Part shown: positions 1 through 11,436 of the stretch, one piece after another
Numbering within the stretch: position 1 is the stretch's first letter
Layout: every line of letters begins with the position of its first letter
DNA from: a virus
Reading direction: 5' to 3' (one strand)
Length of the DNA stretch: 64,000 nt
Virus record (IMG/VR): IMGVR_UViG_3300021490_000002
Location: 17,255 to 81,254 of that record
Notes under the pieces: model-generated
Databases searched by the model: none
What the model was told of the DNA's origin: nothing
Seen by the model: the letters and a program-made list of their open reading frames with translations, nothing else
Position numbers and translations under genes: made by a program

Positions 1-294
1 TGGTTAGTCTTAGCTAATCTTTTGCGTGTTGCTGCTTATACTGCTAAAGACTTGACTAAAGAGGGTAATGTAGAGATAAATAAGTTATGGACAAAATTGA
101 CGGATACTCTTAAACCAAGTAATATAATTAGAGAAATAAAAACAGATAGGAAAAGACCTAAGAAAAAAGTAGAGGCTAAAAACGTGAATGAAGCTGTAAT
201 GTCTGAGGATGATGATATTGTAAAAACTTTTGTTGGGTCTATTGGAGCACAGGTTCAAACGCCATTAAAAATAACTAAGAAGAGGGTGAGATAA
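1..294 (+). CDS. 5'-truncated ORF immediately upstream of tape measure; probable tail assembly chaperone (C-terminal part)
   Basis: Frame is open from base 1; TAA at 292-294 abuts the tape-measure ATG. Function inferred from position only. Confidence 0.45.
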   Translation, partial: WLVLANLLRVAAYTAKDLTKEGNVEINKLWTKLTDTLKPSNIIREIKTDRKRPKKKVEAKNVNEAVMSEDDDIVKTFVGSIGAQVQTPLKITKKRVR

Positions 295-3200
295 ATGCCT
301 AACATGGAAGGTTTTACTGTTCCGTTTAAATTGATTGTAGATGCAGCGGGAAGTATTGACAAAGTAATTAACGAACTGCTGGGACAGTTAAGGCAGTTAC
401 AGAATAATGTTAATATCAAAATTGATGCAGACTTAGGTATAGATACGGCTAGGTTCATAAAGGACCTAAATAAAGTAAAGCTAGACGTTTCAAGATTTAA
501 AATTGACATTCCTGTTTATGCAAATACAAAGGCCTTAGAATTAGTAAAAAAGACGGTAAAAGTTGACGTTGAAGCTGTCAAGGAATCTCTTACATCTTTA
601 GTTGACTCCTACACAAAAAGGTTCGAGCAACTTGTAAATACAACCAAAGCTATTTCTAAACTTAAGCTCACTTCTCCTTCCCAGCAGAAAGAGTTTGAGG
701 CACTTTTCCAAGAAGGTGTTAGGCAGTTAAATATGATGAAGACTGCCATTGAAAACGTGTATGCTCATCTCCAGCATTTATCTGTAAGGTTGGCTTCTGC
801 TGCATCTGCAGGAAATAAACAATTGATAACGGAGATAGCTGGGCAGTATAGTCAGCTATCCAAAATTTCCGCAGAAGTTACAAAACGGATAGAGGAACGT
901 TTTTCCAAATCATTTGACTCCTTATTGAAACAAGCAACGGCTTTTGCAAATGAAATAAATACTATTAGTGGAAGCTTAGTCATACCAACGTTCTTGACTG
1001 GGGAGGGAATACATAGGGGTGGATATTTTAAGGAGCTGATTGCAGAGGCTGAAAAATTTAAACGGGTTTTGATGAGCGTTACGATGGACGAAAAGCAGGT
1101 TGGGGAGTTACTGCAAGGGTTTGACTATAGTGGTATTTCTGCAATGCGGGCTGAAGTTAGTAGGTTACAAGGAGAAATGTCTTTCCTTATTGATACTATA
1201 CAAAAAGTAAAAGGGGAAGGAGGAGAGGAAGGAGCAAAGAAAGAAATTGATATTTCCCCGTATTTAAAGAAGTTCAAGGAAATTCGCTCCCAATTACTTC
1301 GTGTAAGTGAGGAATATAAAGCTTTTGTTTCCCAGCAATTAGAAAGTAACCTGCAGCTAAAAACTGGGGAAGAAGGTTGGAGAAAGAGTTTAAATGTAAT
1401 CTCATCTATTGTTGACATGGCTGCTAAGTACAAGAGCCAAATACTTACCCTAACCGAATATTTGAAAGAAGGATACAATATTTTAAAGGTGCAGGATAGT
1501 TTCTATAGCGCCCTATTATCTCTGGCCAGAAGTGGTCAGGAAGTGGAAGCTAAGAAGGTTGCTGACTTAGTTAAAGAGTCGAAATTTTTAGAGCAAGCAG
1601 AACAATACCTCAGTAACTTAGTTAGATATGAAAGAGAATACTCAGAGGCTCTAGGAAGTTCATTGGTTGGTGTGAGAGGGCGGAAGGTGTTTCTTGAAGA
1701 GCAGCTAAGGGTATTGAAGTCAATGTTTGTTTTAACTGAGGGGACGAATGCTGCAAATATATTTGACCAGTTAGTGCAGACTCAGGAAAAGCTAGCCGAA
1801 ACAACTGCTCTTGAGAAATTTAAAAATGACTTAGCTTCCATCGGGACGACTATATCTTCTTCTCCTTTAGCTGCTACAAAACGTTTAATCAAGGCCGTAA
1901 ACGAATATAGCTTGGCTACAGGGAAGTCTGCTGCTGAATCTGAAACTACACTTTCTGCTATCACTACGCTAATCAACCAACTTGTTACAAATTATAAGAA
2001 ATTGGACAATTTGAAACTCCCGACTGAGACTGTACTAAACTTTAAAAAACAGATTGTGGACTCTCTTGATATAATTACTCAATTAGGAGTTGTTAGTGAA
2101 TCTACTGCAAAAGAGATAAGAAAGGCCTTTGGAAGTGAACAAATAAAACTGGAATCTCTTTCCTTCCAGTTATCTGCCCAGAAGGATATTGCTCGTAATC
2201 TGGAAAAGGTTCTTGCTTTACAAGTGGCTGGAGTTGATGTGGTTAAGAACTTAGAGGAGATGGAACGCCAGTATATTAGAGCTAAGAGAGATGGTGTAGA
2301 TATAGAAAATTTTCTCCTGAAGGCCGTTGAGAATAGATATGCTGTTACGAATAACTTAGTGGAAGTTTACAGGAGGTTTGTAGAATTAGGTAAAGATGTG
2401 AACTTGATGCCTAAGCAACAACTAGCTCAGTTGGAATCTGCAAAGAAAACTCTGGAATTAATTGTTGGGTTGTCAAAGAAGTTGTCCGAGGAAGAGCGTC
2501 TAAAACTTGGAGTGGATACGGAATCTATCAAGACCTATAAAACTGAACTTATGAGCTTAATTGCCGAGAGAACAAAAGAGGTTGAGCAGATAAAAGTATC
2601 GGAAGAATTTGAGTCTAAGGCCATAGAGCTGATACGGCGTAGAAGTAGGCTTGAAGCCGAAGTAAGACAATCTCTAGCTGAAGGGACTAAACTAATCTCG
2701 GAGGCTACCAACCAGTATAGAGAGTATTTGTCAGTCGTAGATAAGGTTATACTAGCTATTCAGAAAGGGGTGATAGGAGTTGAAGAAGACCTCAGCTTAA
2801 GCGAAGTAAAGAAAAATGTAGTGTCCTCTATAGCCAAAGAATATCAAACCCTAGTTTCTCTTTCCCAGAAGTATGAGGCAGGCTCTATTGAGCACATACG
2901 TATTCTGGAGCAACAAAAGAATCTGTTGAAGGGAATGTTAGACCTGGTTGGGACAGGTAAGTTTGAATTTCCTGTAGGTGGTTTTGAAAATGTGGAAGCT
3001 ATTAAAAAGGCATACCAGTCTGTCGTAGAAACTATCCAGAGGCTTACAATTCCTACAAAAGAATCTATGTTTGCTATTGACACAAGTAAGTTGGTTGCTC
3101 TGGAAGAAAAGGTAAAGGTAATTAAAAGGAACCTGGAAGCCACAGAATTTAAAATTTCTATTGACACTTCGGATTTCATTAAAACTATTGATTCAACCGA

Positions 3201-6200
3201 ACAGGTAAAAACTTCCTTGCGCAGTTACGCTTCTGCACTCCGTTCTCTATACACAGAACAACTTAGGAATAAGGCAGCAACGGATGAGCAGAGGATATCC
3301 ACACTTAAAACACTCACTTCTGTAGAACAAGAGTTAAACATAACTACTGAATTTGAGCGTAGGTTGAAGTCTTTAAGCGACTATCTTGCATCTAAGAGTA
3401 CAACCCTAGAGCAGTTCTTTTCTTCTCCAGAAACAGTCTTACAAAGACTTACTACGACTGAATTGAATACTTTGCAGAGGCGTCTTACTGACGTTGGCGT
3501 TGTTTTGCAGAAAGTATTTACAGTCACCCCCACAACTAATCCTTTTAAGGCCCTAGCTGACTCTGCAAAGGTTTTAGAGGATAGAATAAAAGGGGTGCGT
3601 GAAGTAATGGCAGGGCTGAAGGAAGTTAGCTTTGCTGATATTCTTAAGGAGCGTGAAGCTACCCTTACTGCCCAGATTAAAGAGAGAATAGCAGACCTGC
3701 AGCAAGGTGGAAATGTTATTGAAAAATGGCGGAGGCTGATAGAATCTGTAAATACTGCTCTTAAAGAAGGCGTGTCTATAAACGATGAAATGCTATCTGT
3801 CTTGTTTAAAGAAGAAACTATTTACAGAAAAATTTATGAGTATGCTCAGCAATTAGTTAATTATGCGACTGCAAATATAGATAAGCTTCCAAAAAACATA
3901 CAACAAACCTTAGCCACTCAAGCAAACGAGGCTAAGAAAATCTTAGAGCAATATTCTGGAGTAGGAAATTTTGAAGGATACTCGGAATTCACTAAGTCCC
4001 TGACTTCTTTAAATAAACAGGTTGGTGTTGGAGAGTTTGAGAATATTACAAAGGCAATGAATCAGTTAGAAGAGGTTAGGCGTGTTATTAGTGAAATGGG
4101 AGAGGCATTTATTGGTCCTACTAGAAAAATCAAGAGCGACTATGAAGCTGTAGGTGGCTTTGTAGATGCTACCGTTAAAGAGATAAAGAAGTGGAGGGAT
4201 TTAAATGACCAGATTTTGAAAGATGCTAACTTTATTAAAAATGTTGATGAAGAGACTTACAATATCAAACGGAAGGATGTTCAAGAGCTAAACAACATGG
4301 TTCGTCTTCTCCAGAGGGCACAAGAGCTTAACGCTCGTCTCCAATCATATTCAGTCAAGACAGGCGTTTCTCTGGAGGAGATGAAGACTCCAGAGGGTTT
4401 GTTGAAGCTAAACGAAGCTACTAAAAGCACACCTAAGCTCTACCTTGACATTCTGAAGGCGAACGATGAGTACGCAAAGTTATTGAAGCAGATTTCTGAC
4501 ACTATCCCAAAATCTAAGGAACTTCAGGAAATTTTTGGGGCTTACGCTAGTGCCTTTGATAAGGCTGCTAGAGAAGCAGATGAGGTTAATACAAAGTTAA
4601 AGACTTTAGAAACATTAAAAGAAAAGCAAGTCAGACGGGAAGCTGGTGCATCTATCTTGGATATATTTAGACTTAATTGGTTTATCCAGCTACGTTTATT
4701 CTGGCAGGCATACTTGTTCCTCGGAAGATTAAATGAGGAAGCTATAGAATTCCTACATAACATGAAACTTTTAGGCGCAATTACTCAAGCCTCCTCTCAA
4801 GATATCGAAACCTTAACTAATGCTTTTGATGAGCTAGGAAAGACTGTTGCCTATTCTATGTCTGAGTTGGCAAAAGCTGGAACAGAGATAGCTAAGGCTG
4901 GTTATTCTATCCAGGATACAATTAAGATTTTAGAAACAGGGTCTAAGCTAGCGTACACAACGGGTGCATCTATAGAAGATTCAGCAAACGTTATTACTAC
5001 TGTATTACGTGCATGGAGTATGGATGCAGGTAGGGCAGAAGAGGTTTCCAACATTCTTTTTAATACAATTGTTAATTCTAAAGCCTCTCTCGATGGGTTA
5101 AAGACGGCTATTGGATATGTTGCAGGTATTGCTCCGCAGGCAAATGTTACTTTTTCTGAAATATCTGCTATGTTAGGTATTCTTACAAACGCTGGATTAC
5201 AAGCGTCTAAAGCAGGTACATACACTAGACAGTTTATTAATGCACTTTTAAACCCGTCAGCCAAACTCATAGATTCTCTACATAAAGTCGGATTATCTTT
5301 GTCTGATGTTGACATAAAGTCAGGAGGAATAATTAAGGTCTTGCAACGGATGCACGATGCTGGTTTTAATGTAGCGGATGCTTTTGATAGTATGAATGTG
5401 AGAGCAGCATCGGCGTTCTCTGTATTGATTAGAAATACTGATATTTTAGAGGAATTTACAAATACGTTGGAGTCCCAGCAGGTATTGTTAGATGCATTTG
5501 GCGAGAGTGCTGATTCCTTAAAAGCGCATTTAACACTTATGGTAAATAGTCTGGTTACTGAGTTTGCAAAGAATATGGATTCGTTGAGTCCTGTTATAGA
5601 AGGTGTACTGGCTGGAGCTGAGGATATGATAACGGGCGTCTTACGCCTTGTAGAGTTATTTATTGGATGGATGGATAATCTTGGCTATACAGGGAAACAG
5701 ACGGCAGTTAAATTTTCTGAAATAACCACTGTTATGCTTGCCTTAGTTAGTGCTATGGGACTCCTAAGTAAAATAATGCCCAAACTTATCGGCCTTTTTG
5801 AACTTTTCGCAGGTGCTCTTAATCCCTGGGTTTTTGTTGCTCTTACAACGGCCTTTGGGAGTTTCTTGGCATTGGCCCGAGCCTCTATCTCTGATATTGA
5901 TGAGGTGACAGGAAAACTCTCAGACTTACGTGATTCTTTAAAAGAGCTCCAGAGTATAGCTAAAGAGGGTATAAATATAAGGGTGAAGCTAGAACGTGGA
6001 ATAGAGATAGCGAATTTGGGAAATGTGTTTCGGGATAAACTGCAGGAGTTTTATAAAGTTGCATCTTCAGGGAACCAGAAGTTAATTCAAAAGATGTTTT
6101 CCCGTGGAGATGTAAAAGTAGTAGTTAGAGCTTTTATGGAGTCTGTAACTTCTGCACTCATGAACTATCCTGATAAAGATATACAGGAGATAGGTAAGCG

Positions 6201-9200
6201 CCTTCGTGACCAGATATTTACAATGGAAGCTGGACCAGAAGAAGTGGCAAGAACTGTTGAACAATTTTATACGACACTGACAAAGTTAAATGGTGCCTTC
6301 CTGAAAAACGCCGATATTTTGAAAGGTAAGTGGACTTCAGCGTTAGAAAAAGGGACTACAGTTCTTGAAAAGTTAGATGATACAATGCACCAGTTAATTG
6401 ATTCGTTTAAAGTTTTGAAAGAAAAGAAAGCTGACCTTGAATCTTTGGATTGGGAAGCTAGCCCTCAAACAATAGATACGGTTACAAAGGCTTTTACTGA
6501 GAGTAGGAAGCAATATCTTGAAAATCTTAAAAAGACTTTTGCTATCATCCAAGCATCTTTCTCTGCAATTCCAAAAACTAAAGAGGGGATTCCACAACTA
6601 GAGATACTGCAGGGACAATTAGAAAGGTTAAAAATTATAATTTCAGAAGTTACTAGTTTAAAGGGCGAGAATGCTATCTTTTCTAAAGACGAAGTGGCTA
6701 AGTTAAAAGAGATGACAAACGCAATAGATGAATTTGAAAATAAGATTAATGTAACAAAGGCTACTATACAAAAAACTGTAGATGAGACTATAACTGATAT
6801 ATCGAGTAAGGTTACACAAAAGACTAAGGAAAGTATTCAACAAGCAGACATGGCTATTTTAAAGGAGGTTGATAAACTACTTAAAGACCTAAAAAGTCTA
6901 ACCTCAAAAGTTACTGTCGGCGTTAAACTTACTCTTCTTTCTCCCCAGAAAGGGAATATTGCCAACTTGAAAAAGGACCTCTCTGATGTTTACGAGAAGA
7001 CTCAAACAATATTAGCTTCTATCACACATCTATCTCGTGGAGTATTTTCTTTATCCTCTTCACAAGCAAAAGAGCTAGTACAATCCCTTGAACAGATATG
7101 GACGGCCATTTCTACGGATTTGAAGAGGACTGCAAAAGATGGGGTGGTTACCTTTGATGAAATAACTAAAGCAGCCGAAAGATTAAGAAGCAGCACATCC
7201 TTACGTCAATTTAGCTTAGAAGGTTTAATGCGTGTTCTGGGAGTAGGAAGAGAGGCAGTGCAGGCTCTTGAGAATGAGGTAAATGCAGGTCTCCTAGATA
7301 CTTTCAGTAATTTGGAATTTAAGATTAATGAAGTGGGTAAGGCCCTTGAGTATATTCAAAAGCATCGGAAGGCTTTTGATGCCAAGGATGTGAAACAAGT
7401 TGTTAATCTCTTGGATAATCTCTTAAATAAGCAAGTTCAGTTCTTACAAACTATAACTCAAGCCTCCACTTCTATCTTCCAGAGCGCTAACTATGCTATG
7501 TCGATTTCTTCTTCCATACGGGAGGCATTTACAGGGACGGCCTCTTTGGACGATTTACTAGGTGTTTCTGATACTATCAAGTCGCTGGAAAAACTAAAGG
7601 GGAATGTAACTGATGTAATAATTGAGTTTGATGCGCTTCATAGTAAGTTTGGTGACTTATCAGCGCTTTTAGGGAAGAATGCAGAGAATTCTATGATTGC
7701 GCAACAGGCATTCGCTAAGCTGGGACGAACTGCCTCACAAAGGTTGGATGGTCTTGTGGATAGTTTGAGAAGTAGTGCTACTGAAATAAAGAACATTACA
7801 AATGAAATCAAAAATCTTAATGTTGAAATAGCAAAGATAAAATTTGATTGGCTAAAGACCTTAGAAGAATTTAAAGTTAAGTATAAAGGACCTGAATATG
7901 AATTTAAGGCACAACAAGAGAATTTAATAAATCAAGGAAAGTATGTTCAGGAAGTTCTACAAAATAACCCTTCCATAGATACTGTTGTCTCTGCATTAAC
8001 TGAATTTAGAAATAGCTTGATAGAGTTTGCAAAAGCTAACGCCTATCAACGTGTAGGAAAAGAATCTTTTACAAGGGCGGAGGAGATTACTAAAGCTATC
8101 ATTCAACTGCGGGAGAAGCAAAAAGCTCTACTAGAGGCAAGACTTCAGATTCAGTTGAACTATTATGCTATGGTCTCAAAATTTGCATTGTCGGTGATTG
8201 ACTTGCTGGGAAGGATTAAAGGAATTCTTGGAGAGCTTTACAAAGTAACGGCAGGGCAAAAAGCAGCAGGAGAAGCTGCTACTAAGGGTCAAGAGGGAGT
8301 TAAAGCACCAAAAGCACCTACTGGAGTGAAGCCAGAGGCAGGTAAGCTACAACCGCCAACTAAAGCAACTAAACCAACTACACCGCCAGCTCCTACTACT
8401 ACTCCAGAAGTTGCAAAGACCCCCAACATAAATACACAAAGTTTACAGGAATACGCACAAAAGTTGATGGAGTCATCCCAGAGGTTAAAACAGTCTTCTG
8501 CTGATTTGAATAGTTTTATCAATAGTTTAAGTAAGTTAGGTGGGGCTTTAAAGAGACAGAAAGTGAATGTGTTGTCAGCTAAAGAAGCCTTGATGAATTA
8601 TTCAGCTAGTCTCGGGACTATTAATAGTATAATTCAGCAAACTTTTAATTCAATGGCAGACACTATTAGGGGAACTTTAGCTAATGTTATGACCTCAGCA
8701 CTAAAGCAAGCATTTGAAGGTGACGTGGATTGGTATGGATTGTTTAGTGCTTTTTACTACCAGATTATGCAAATGTATTTTGATATGCTGCTAAAGATAA
8801 TGATGCAGGCGATGATTCAAAAGTTAGGCGGGAAAGAGTTAATGGATACTTTGTTCGGAACGTCAAATGCTTCGGCTTTTCAATCAGCGGTAGCTTCTAG
8901 TGCCACGTCTTTTTCATCTGCAGTTAATAATGCGTCAACTGAAATTATAACGGCTGGGCAAACATTTCATTACTATGTAGCTAACGCTGCTTTAGCTATC
9001 CAAAACGCTGCTGCTTCCTTGGCTGCAGCGTCAGCGTCAAGTGCAGCTAGTACTGCTTTTAATCCAGTTTCTTTGATGGGTCCGATGATGTCTTTACTAT
9101 CTGGAGCTGCTGGAGCTGGTGCGCCTGGAGGCGGTGGAGCCAAGCCTCCTTCTGGTCCTTATAATAATCTTCAACTACCTAAGCCTCAATTCCCGTCATA

Positions 9201-9819
9201 TAAGGTATTTAAAGGCGGTTTAATTCCAGGCTATTATACTGGGGGTGTAGTTTTAGATTCATTTGATGACAGTGAATTGCCCGCTTTTGCCTCTGGAGGA
9301 TTTGCGGGATTGGTAAGGAAAGGGCAGACAGATAAAGATTCCGTTGTAGCAAAGCTTGCAAAAAATGAATTTGTAGTAAATAATAGGATTGTCAGCGAAC
9401 TCGGGGTGGATTTTTTTGAAAAGATAAACCAGGGTGATTTTGTAAGTGCACAATCGTTACTAAATAAAAAGATAATACATACGCCAACTGCAAATCCTGT
9501 TAATACTGGAAGAGAAGTTATGAAGTTTGCAAATACATTTAGTAGCATAAAAACCCAGGAAGTAAGACCTATTAATGTAGGGCTGGAAATACCCGAAGCT
9601 GGAAAGTTCTCAAGGCGGGAGCCTTCAAAAGAAACAACAAAAGAGCAACCATCTAAAACGTTTCCTTCCCCAGAAACAGAGGCTCCAAGAGTTGAGGTGG
9701 TAAATATAGCAGAGCCTGCAATAGCCAGAAGGTATATTAATTCTACTGAGGGTAAGGAGCGGATTGTGAACATAATAACAGGACAACCATTATTTAAACG
9801 ATACTTTTCAAAATTTTAA
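295..9819 (+). CDS. Tail tape-measure protein (TP901-family core), 3174 aa
   Basis: Long helical E/K/L-rich ORF. TP901-type core near nt 4740-5460 (ELAKAGTEIAKAGYS, LTNAGLQASKAGTYTRQ). C-terminal FASGG / DSVVAKLAKNEFVVN motif typical of tape measures. Confidence 0.92.
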   Translation: MPNMEGFTVPFKLIVDAAGSIDKVINELLGQLRQLQNNVNIKIDADLGIDTARFIKDLNKVKLDVSRFKIDIPVYANTKALELVKKTVKVDVEAVKESLTSLVDSYTKRFEQLVNTTKAISKLKLTSPSQQKEFEALFQEGVRQLNMMKTAIENVYAHLQHLSVRLASAASAGNKQLITEIAGQYSQLSKISAEVTKRIEERFSKSFDSLLKQATAFANEINTISGSLVIPTFLTGEGIHRGGYFKELIAEAEKFKRVLMSVTMDEKQVGELLQGFDYSGISAMRAEVSRLQGEMSFLIDTIQKVKGEGGEEGAKKEIDISPYLKKFKEIRSQLLRVSEEYKAFVSQQLESNLQLKTGEEGWRKSLNVISSIVDMAAKYKSQILTLTEYLKEGYNILKVQDSFYSALLSLARSGQEVEAKKVADLVKESKFLEQAEQYLSNLVRYEREYSEALGSSLVGVRGRKVFLEEQLRVLKSMFVLTEGTNAANIFDQLVQTQEKLAETTALEKFKNDLASIGTTISSSPLAATKRLIKAVNEYSLATGKSAAESETTLSAITTLINQLVTNYKKLDNLKLPTETVLNFKKQIVDSLDIITQLGVVSESTAKEIRKAFGSEQIKLESLSFQLSAQKDIARNLEKVLALQVAGVDVVKNLEEMERQYIRAKRDGVDIENFLLKAVENRYAVTNNLVEVYRRFVELGKDVNLMPKQQLAQLESAKKTLELIVGLSKKLSEEERLKLGVDTESIKTYKTELMSLIAERTKEVEQIKVSEEFESKAIELIRRRSRLEAEVRQSLAEGTKLISEATNQYREYLSVVDKVILAIQKGVIGVEEDLSLSEVKKNVVSSIAKEYQTLVSLSQKYEAGSIEHIRILEQQKNLLKGMLDLVGTGKFEFPVGGFENVEAIKKAYQSVVETIQRLTIPTKESMFAIDTSKLVALEEKVKVIKRNLEATEFKISIDTSDFIKTIDSTEQVKTSLRSYASALRSLYTEQLRNKAATDEQRISTLKTLTSVEQELNITTEFERRLKSLSDYLASKSTTLEQFFSSPETVLQRLTTTELNTLQRRLTDVGVVLQKVFTVTPTTNPFKALADSAKVLEDRIKGVREVMAGLKEVSFADILKEREATLTAQIKERIADLQQGGNVIEKWRRLIESVNTALKEGVSINDEMLSVLFKEETIYRKIYEYAQQLVNYATANIDKLPKNIQQTLATQANEAKKILEQYSGVGNFEGYSEFTKSLTSLNKQVGVGEFENITKAMNQLEEVRRVISEMGEAFIGPTRKIKSDYEAVGGFVDATVKEIKKWRDLNDQILKDANFIKNVDEETYNIKRKDVQELNNMVRLLQRAQELNARLQSYSVKTGVSLEEMKTPEGLLKLNEATKSTPKLYLDILKANDEYAKLLKQISDTIPKSKELQEIFGAYASAFDKAAREADEVNTKLKTLETLKEKQVRREAGASILDIFRLNWFIQLRLFWQAYLFLGRLNEEAIEFLHNMKLLGAITQASSQDIETLTNAFDELGKTVAYSMSELAKAGTEIAKAGYSIQDTIKILETGSKLAYTTGASIEDSANVITTVLRAWSMDAGRAEEVSNILFNTIVNSKASLDGLKTAIGYVAGIAPQANVTFSEISAMLGILTNAGLQASKAGTYTRQFINALLNPSAKLIDSLHKVGLSLSDVDIKSGGIIKVLQRMHDAGFNVADAFDSMNVRAASAFSVLIRNTDILEEFTNTLESQQVLLDAFGESADSLKAHLTLMVNSLVTEFAKNMDSLSPVIEGVLAGAEDMITGVLRLVELFIGWMDNLGYTGKQTAVKFSEITTVMLALVSAMGLLSKIMPKLIGLFELFAGALNPWVFVALTTAFGSFLALARASISDIDEVTGKLSDLRDSLKELQSIAKEGINIRVKLERGIEIANLGNVFRDKLQEFYKVASSGNQKLIQKMFSRGDVKVVVRAFMESVTSALMNYPDKDIQEIGKRLRDQIFTMEAGPEEVARTVEQFYTTLTKLNGAFLKNADILKGKWTSALEKGTTVLEKLDDTMHQLIDSFKVLKEKKADLESLDWEASPQTIDTVTKAFTESRKQYLENLKKTFAIIQASFSAIPKTKEGIPQLEILQGQLERLKIIISEVTSLKGENAIFSKDEVAKLKEMTNAIDEFENKINVTKATIQKTVDETITDISSKVTQKTKESIQQADMAILKEVDKLLKDLKSLTSKVTVGVKLTLLSPQKGNIANLKKDLSDVYEKTQTILASITHLSRGVFSLSSSQAKELVQSLEQIWTAISTDLKRTAKDGVVTFDEITKAAERLRSSTSLRQFSLEGLMRVLGVGREAVQALENEVNAGLLDTFSNLEFKINEVGKALEYIQKHRKAFDAKDVKQVVNLLDNLLNKQVQFLQTITQASTSIFQSANYAMSISSSIREAFTGTASLDDLLGVSDTIKSLEKLKGNVTDVIIEFDALHSKFGDLSALLGKNAENSMIAQQAFAKLGRTASQRLDGLVDSLRSSATEIKNITNEIKNLNVEIAKIKFDWLKTLEEFKVKYKGPEYEFKAQQENLINQGKYVQEVLQNNPSIDTVVSALTEFRNSLIEFAKANAYQRVGKESFTRAEEITKAIIQLREKQKALLEARLQIQLNYYAMVSKFALSVIDLLGRIKGILGELYKVTAGQKAAGEAATKGQEGVKAPKAPTGVKPEAGKLQPPTKATKPTTPPAPTTTPEVAKTPNINTQSLQEYAQKLMESSQRLKQSSADLNSFINSLSKLGGALKRQKVNVLSAKEALMNYSASLGTINSIIQQTFNSMADTIRGTLANVMTSALKQAFEGDVDWYGLFSAFYYQIMQMYFDMLLKIMMQAMIQKLGGKELMDTLFGTSNASAFQSAVASSATSFSSAVNNASTEIITAGQTFHYYVANAALAIQNAAASLAAASASSAASTAFNPVSLMGPMMSLLSGAAGAGAPGGGGAKPPSGPYNNLQLPKPQFPSYKVFKGGLIPGYYTGGVVLDSFDDSELPAFASGGFAGLVRKGQTDKDSVVAKLAKNEFVVNNRIVSELGVDFFEKINQGDFVSAQSLLNKKIIHTPTANPVNTGREVMKFANTFSSIKTQEVRPINVGLEIPEAGKFSRREPSKETTKEQPSKTFPSPETEAPRVEVVNIAEPAIARRYINSTEGKERIVNIITGQPLFKRYFSKF

Positions 9820-9831
9820 GGAGGAGATTGT

Positions 9832-11415
9832 ATGGCTGTTCAGTGTGATTATATTAAAGGGCTGGCCTCTGACTATAAAGATATGTTATCTATTATAGTC
9901 GGCTGGCTTACAGGAGTAGTTGAAGGGCAACCTCCGTGTAGTTCAGCGTCTTGGACTAAACTACAGGATTATGTGGACTCGGATGGGGAACGATGTGTAA
10001 TTTTAAAGAGTCAACCTGCTGATGAGTTACCTTTGTATGTGGGCCTCAAGACCTTTCGTGGATATGAGGGATTTCAACAGGAAGGGATTCAAATAAATGC
10101 CTACACTAATTTTGACCCCGATTTAGAATGGGATTGTCAGGCTGGCTCTTTAGCGGTAAGGGACAACTATAATTCCCAGTCTCATTTTTATGAGGGATGC
10201 CCTGCCGTTTTAGTAGGTAATCAACCCGTTTGTTATTGGTTGAAGGCTACAGACACACATATAGTTTGTATGATAAGGACTCCCACGGTTCCGCTAACAT
10301 CCGATTATACTAAGTATAGAGGAGCGTTTGTTAATGAAATGTTCTACTTGGGATGGGGTAAGAGATTAGTGCCTAAAGAAGGTTATCCGTATCCTATGGT
10401 GTGTAGCGGAACTACTTATACCCTCGGAACTCCAACACGTCCTATTCAAAGGAATTTTGTCTATGATAATGTATATGGGTCGCTCAGACATATTCCTCCA
10501 TTTTATTGGGACTACATGATGTATGAGGGGATACAGAGTTTGGTGTTTTGCTATTTAGAATACACCACTACGATTAATAGAGAACCCCATATAAAAACTC
10601 GCTGGCCTTTTGAGCACGTTCCCCCGACAAACTCCTATGAACCACACCATCCTGGGTCATTACCCTTAGCTGATTTTACTAACCCAATTTGCGGGCCTAA
10701 AGATTCAGAGGTTACTGCTTTGCTATCCATTCCTACAGTGCCTTTTCATGATGGTGAAAATGTTCCTTTTGGTGAAATGAGTCGTAAAGAGTCTTTATAC
10801 GATGGGAAGCTTATATTCACTTACGACCAGGTTCAACTATCTAACAGGGCTTTGTACTTTGATGGCCTATGGGGTTGGTTTTCAACTTATCCTGTTAGAA
10901 ATTCTTTTGTTCAAAGCTTATGTCATTGCACCTTAAAAGTATATGAATGTGGCTCGCATAATTACTTAAACGATATCGGTGTTCCTCTCCCAGTATCCGC
11001 CTACCCTCTGGGAGTGAAACACGACCAAATACAAGCACACTTTGGGTGGAATCCAGCAGAGATAGTAGAGTCGTTTAATGATAGACGTCTGCTTATCCCA
11101 GTTTACTATTCTGTTGTTAATTCTATTATGGAAATGCAATCGTGTACTCGTGAGGAATTTGGTGGTAGTGGTATATCTTATGATGATGAACAAGACAGAA
11201 TACAAATAGCTGGAATCCTTGATGACTTATATTTTGTTCCAGGTTTAGGTCTTTCAGCACAAGATTTACTTAAAATAAGCACCCCAGATGGTGACCTTAA
11301 TTTTATTGTAGTTCAAGATGTATATAGGTCAGGACCGTTTAATTTGGCAGTTATGAAATTAGGTATAAAAGAATGGCATGAAGAAAACCCTGGGCTAGAA
11401 GCTCCCAGAGGGTAA
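9832..11415 (+). CDS. Virion structural protein (putative distal tail/baseplate)
   Basis: RBS AGGAG; directly after the tape measure; beta-rich composition like post-TMP tail proteins. Confidence 0.55.
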   Translation: MAVQCDYIKGLASDYKDMLSIIVGWLTGVVEGQPPCSSASWTKLQDYVDSDGERCVILKSQPADELPLYVGLKTFRGYEGFQQEGIQINAYTNFDPDLEWDCQAGSLAVRDNYNSQSHFYEGCPAVLVGNQPVCYWLKATDTHIVCMIRTPTVPLTSDYTKYRGAFVNEMFYLGWGKRLVPKEGYPYPMVCSGTTYTLGTPTRPIQRNFVYDNVYGSLRHIPPFYWDYMMYEGIQSLVFCYLEYTTTINREPHIKTRWPFEHVPPTNSYEPHHPGSLPLADFTNPICGPKDSEVTALLSIPTVPFHDGENVPFGEMSRKESLYDGKLIFTYDQVQLSNRALYFDGLWGWFSTYPVRNSFVQSLCHCTLKVYECGSHNYLNDIGVPLPVSAYPLGVKHDQIQAHFGWNPAEIVESFNDRRLLIPVYYSVVNSIMEMQSCTREEFGGSGISYDDEQDRIQIAGILDDLYFVPGLGLSAQDLLKISTPDGDLNFIVVQDVYRSGPFNLAVMKLGIKEWHEENPGLEAPRG

Positions 11416-11436
11416 AGTATAAATGGAGGTAAACTT

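Noticed and set aside
255-9773. Many antisense ORFs inside the tape measure (e.g. 9234-9773, 4902-5315), and similar shadow ORFs in other genes
   Set aside because: They lie fully opposite long, well-supported genes and show no recognisable motifs.
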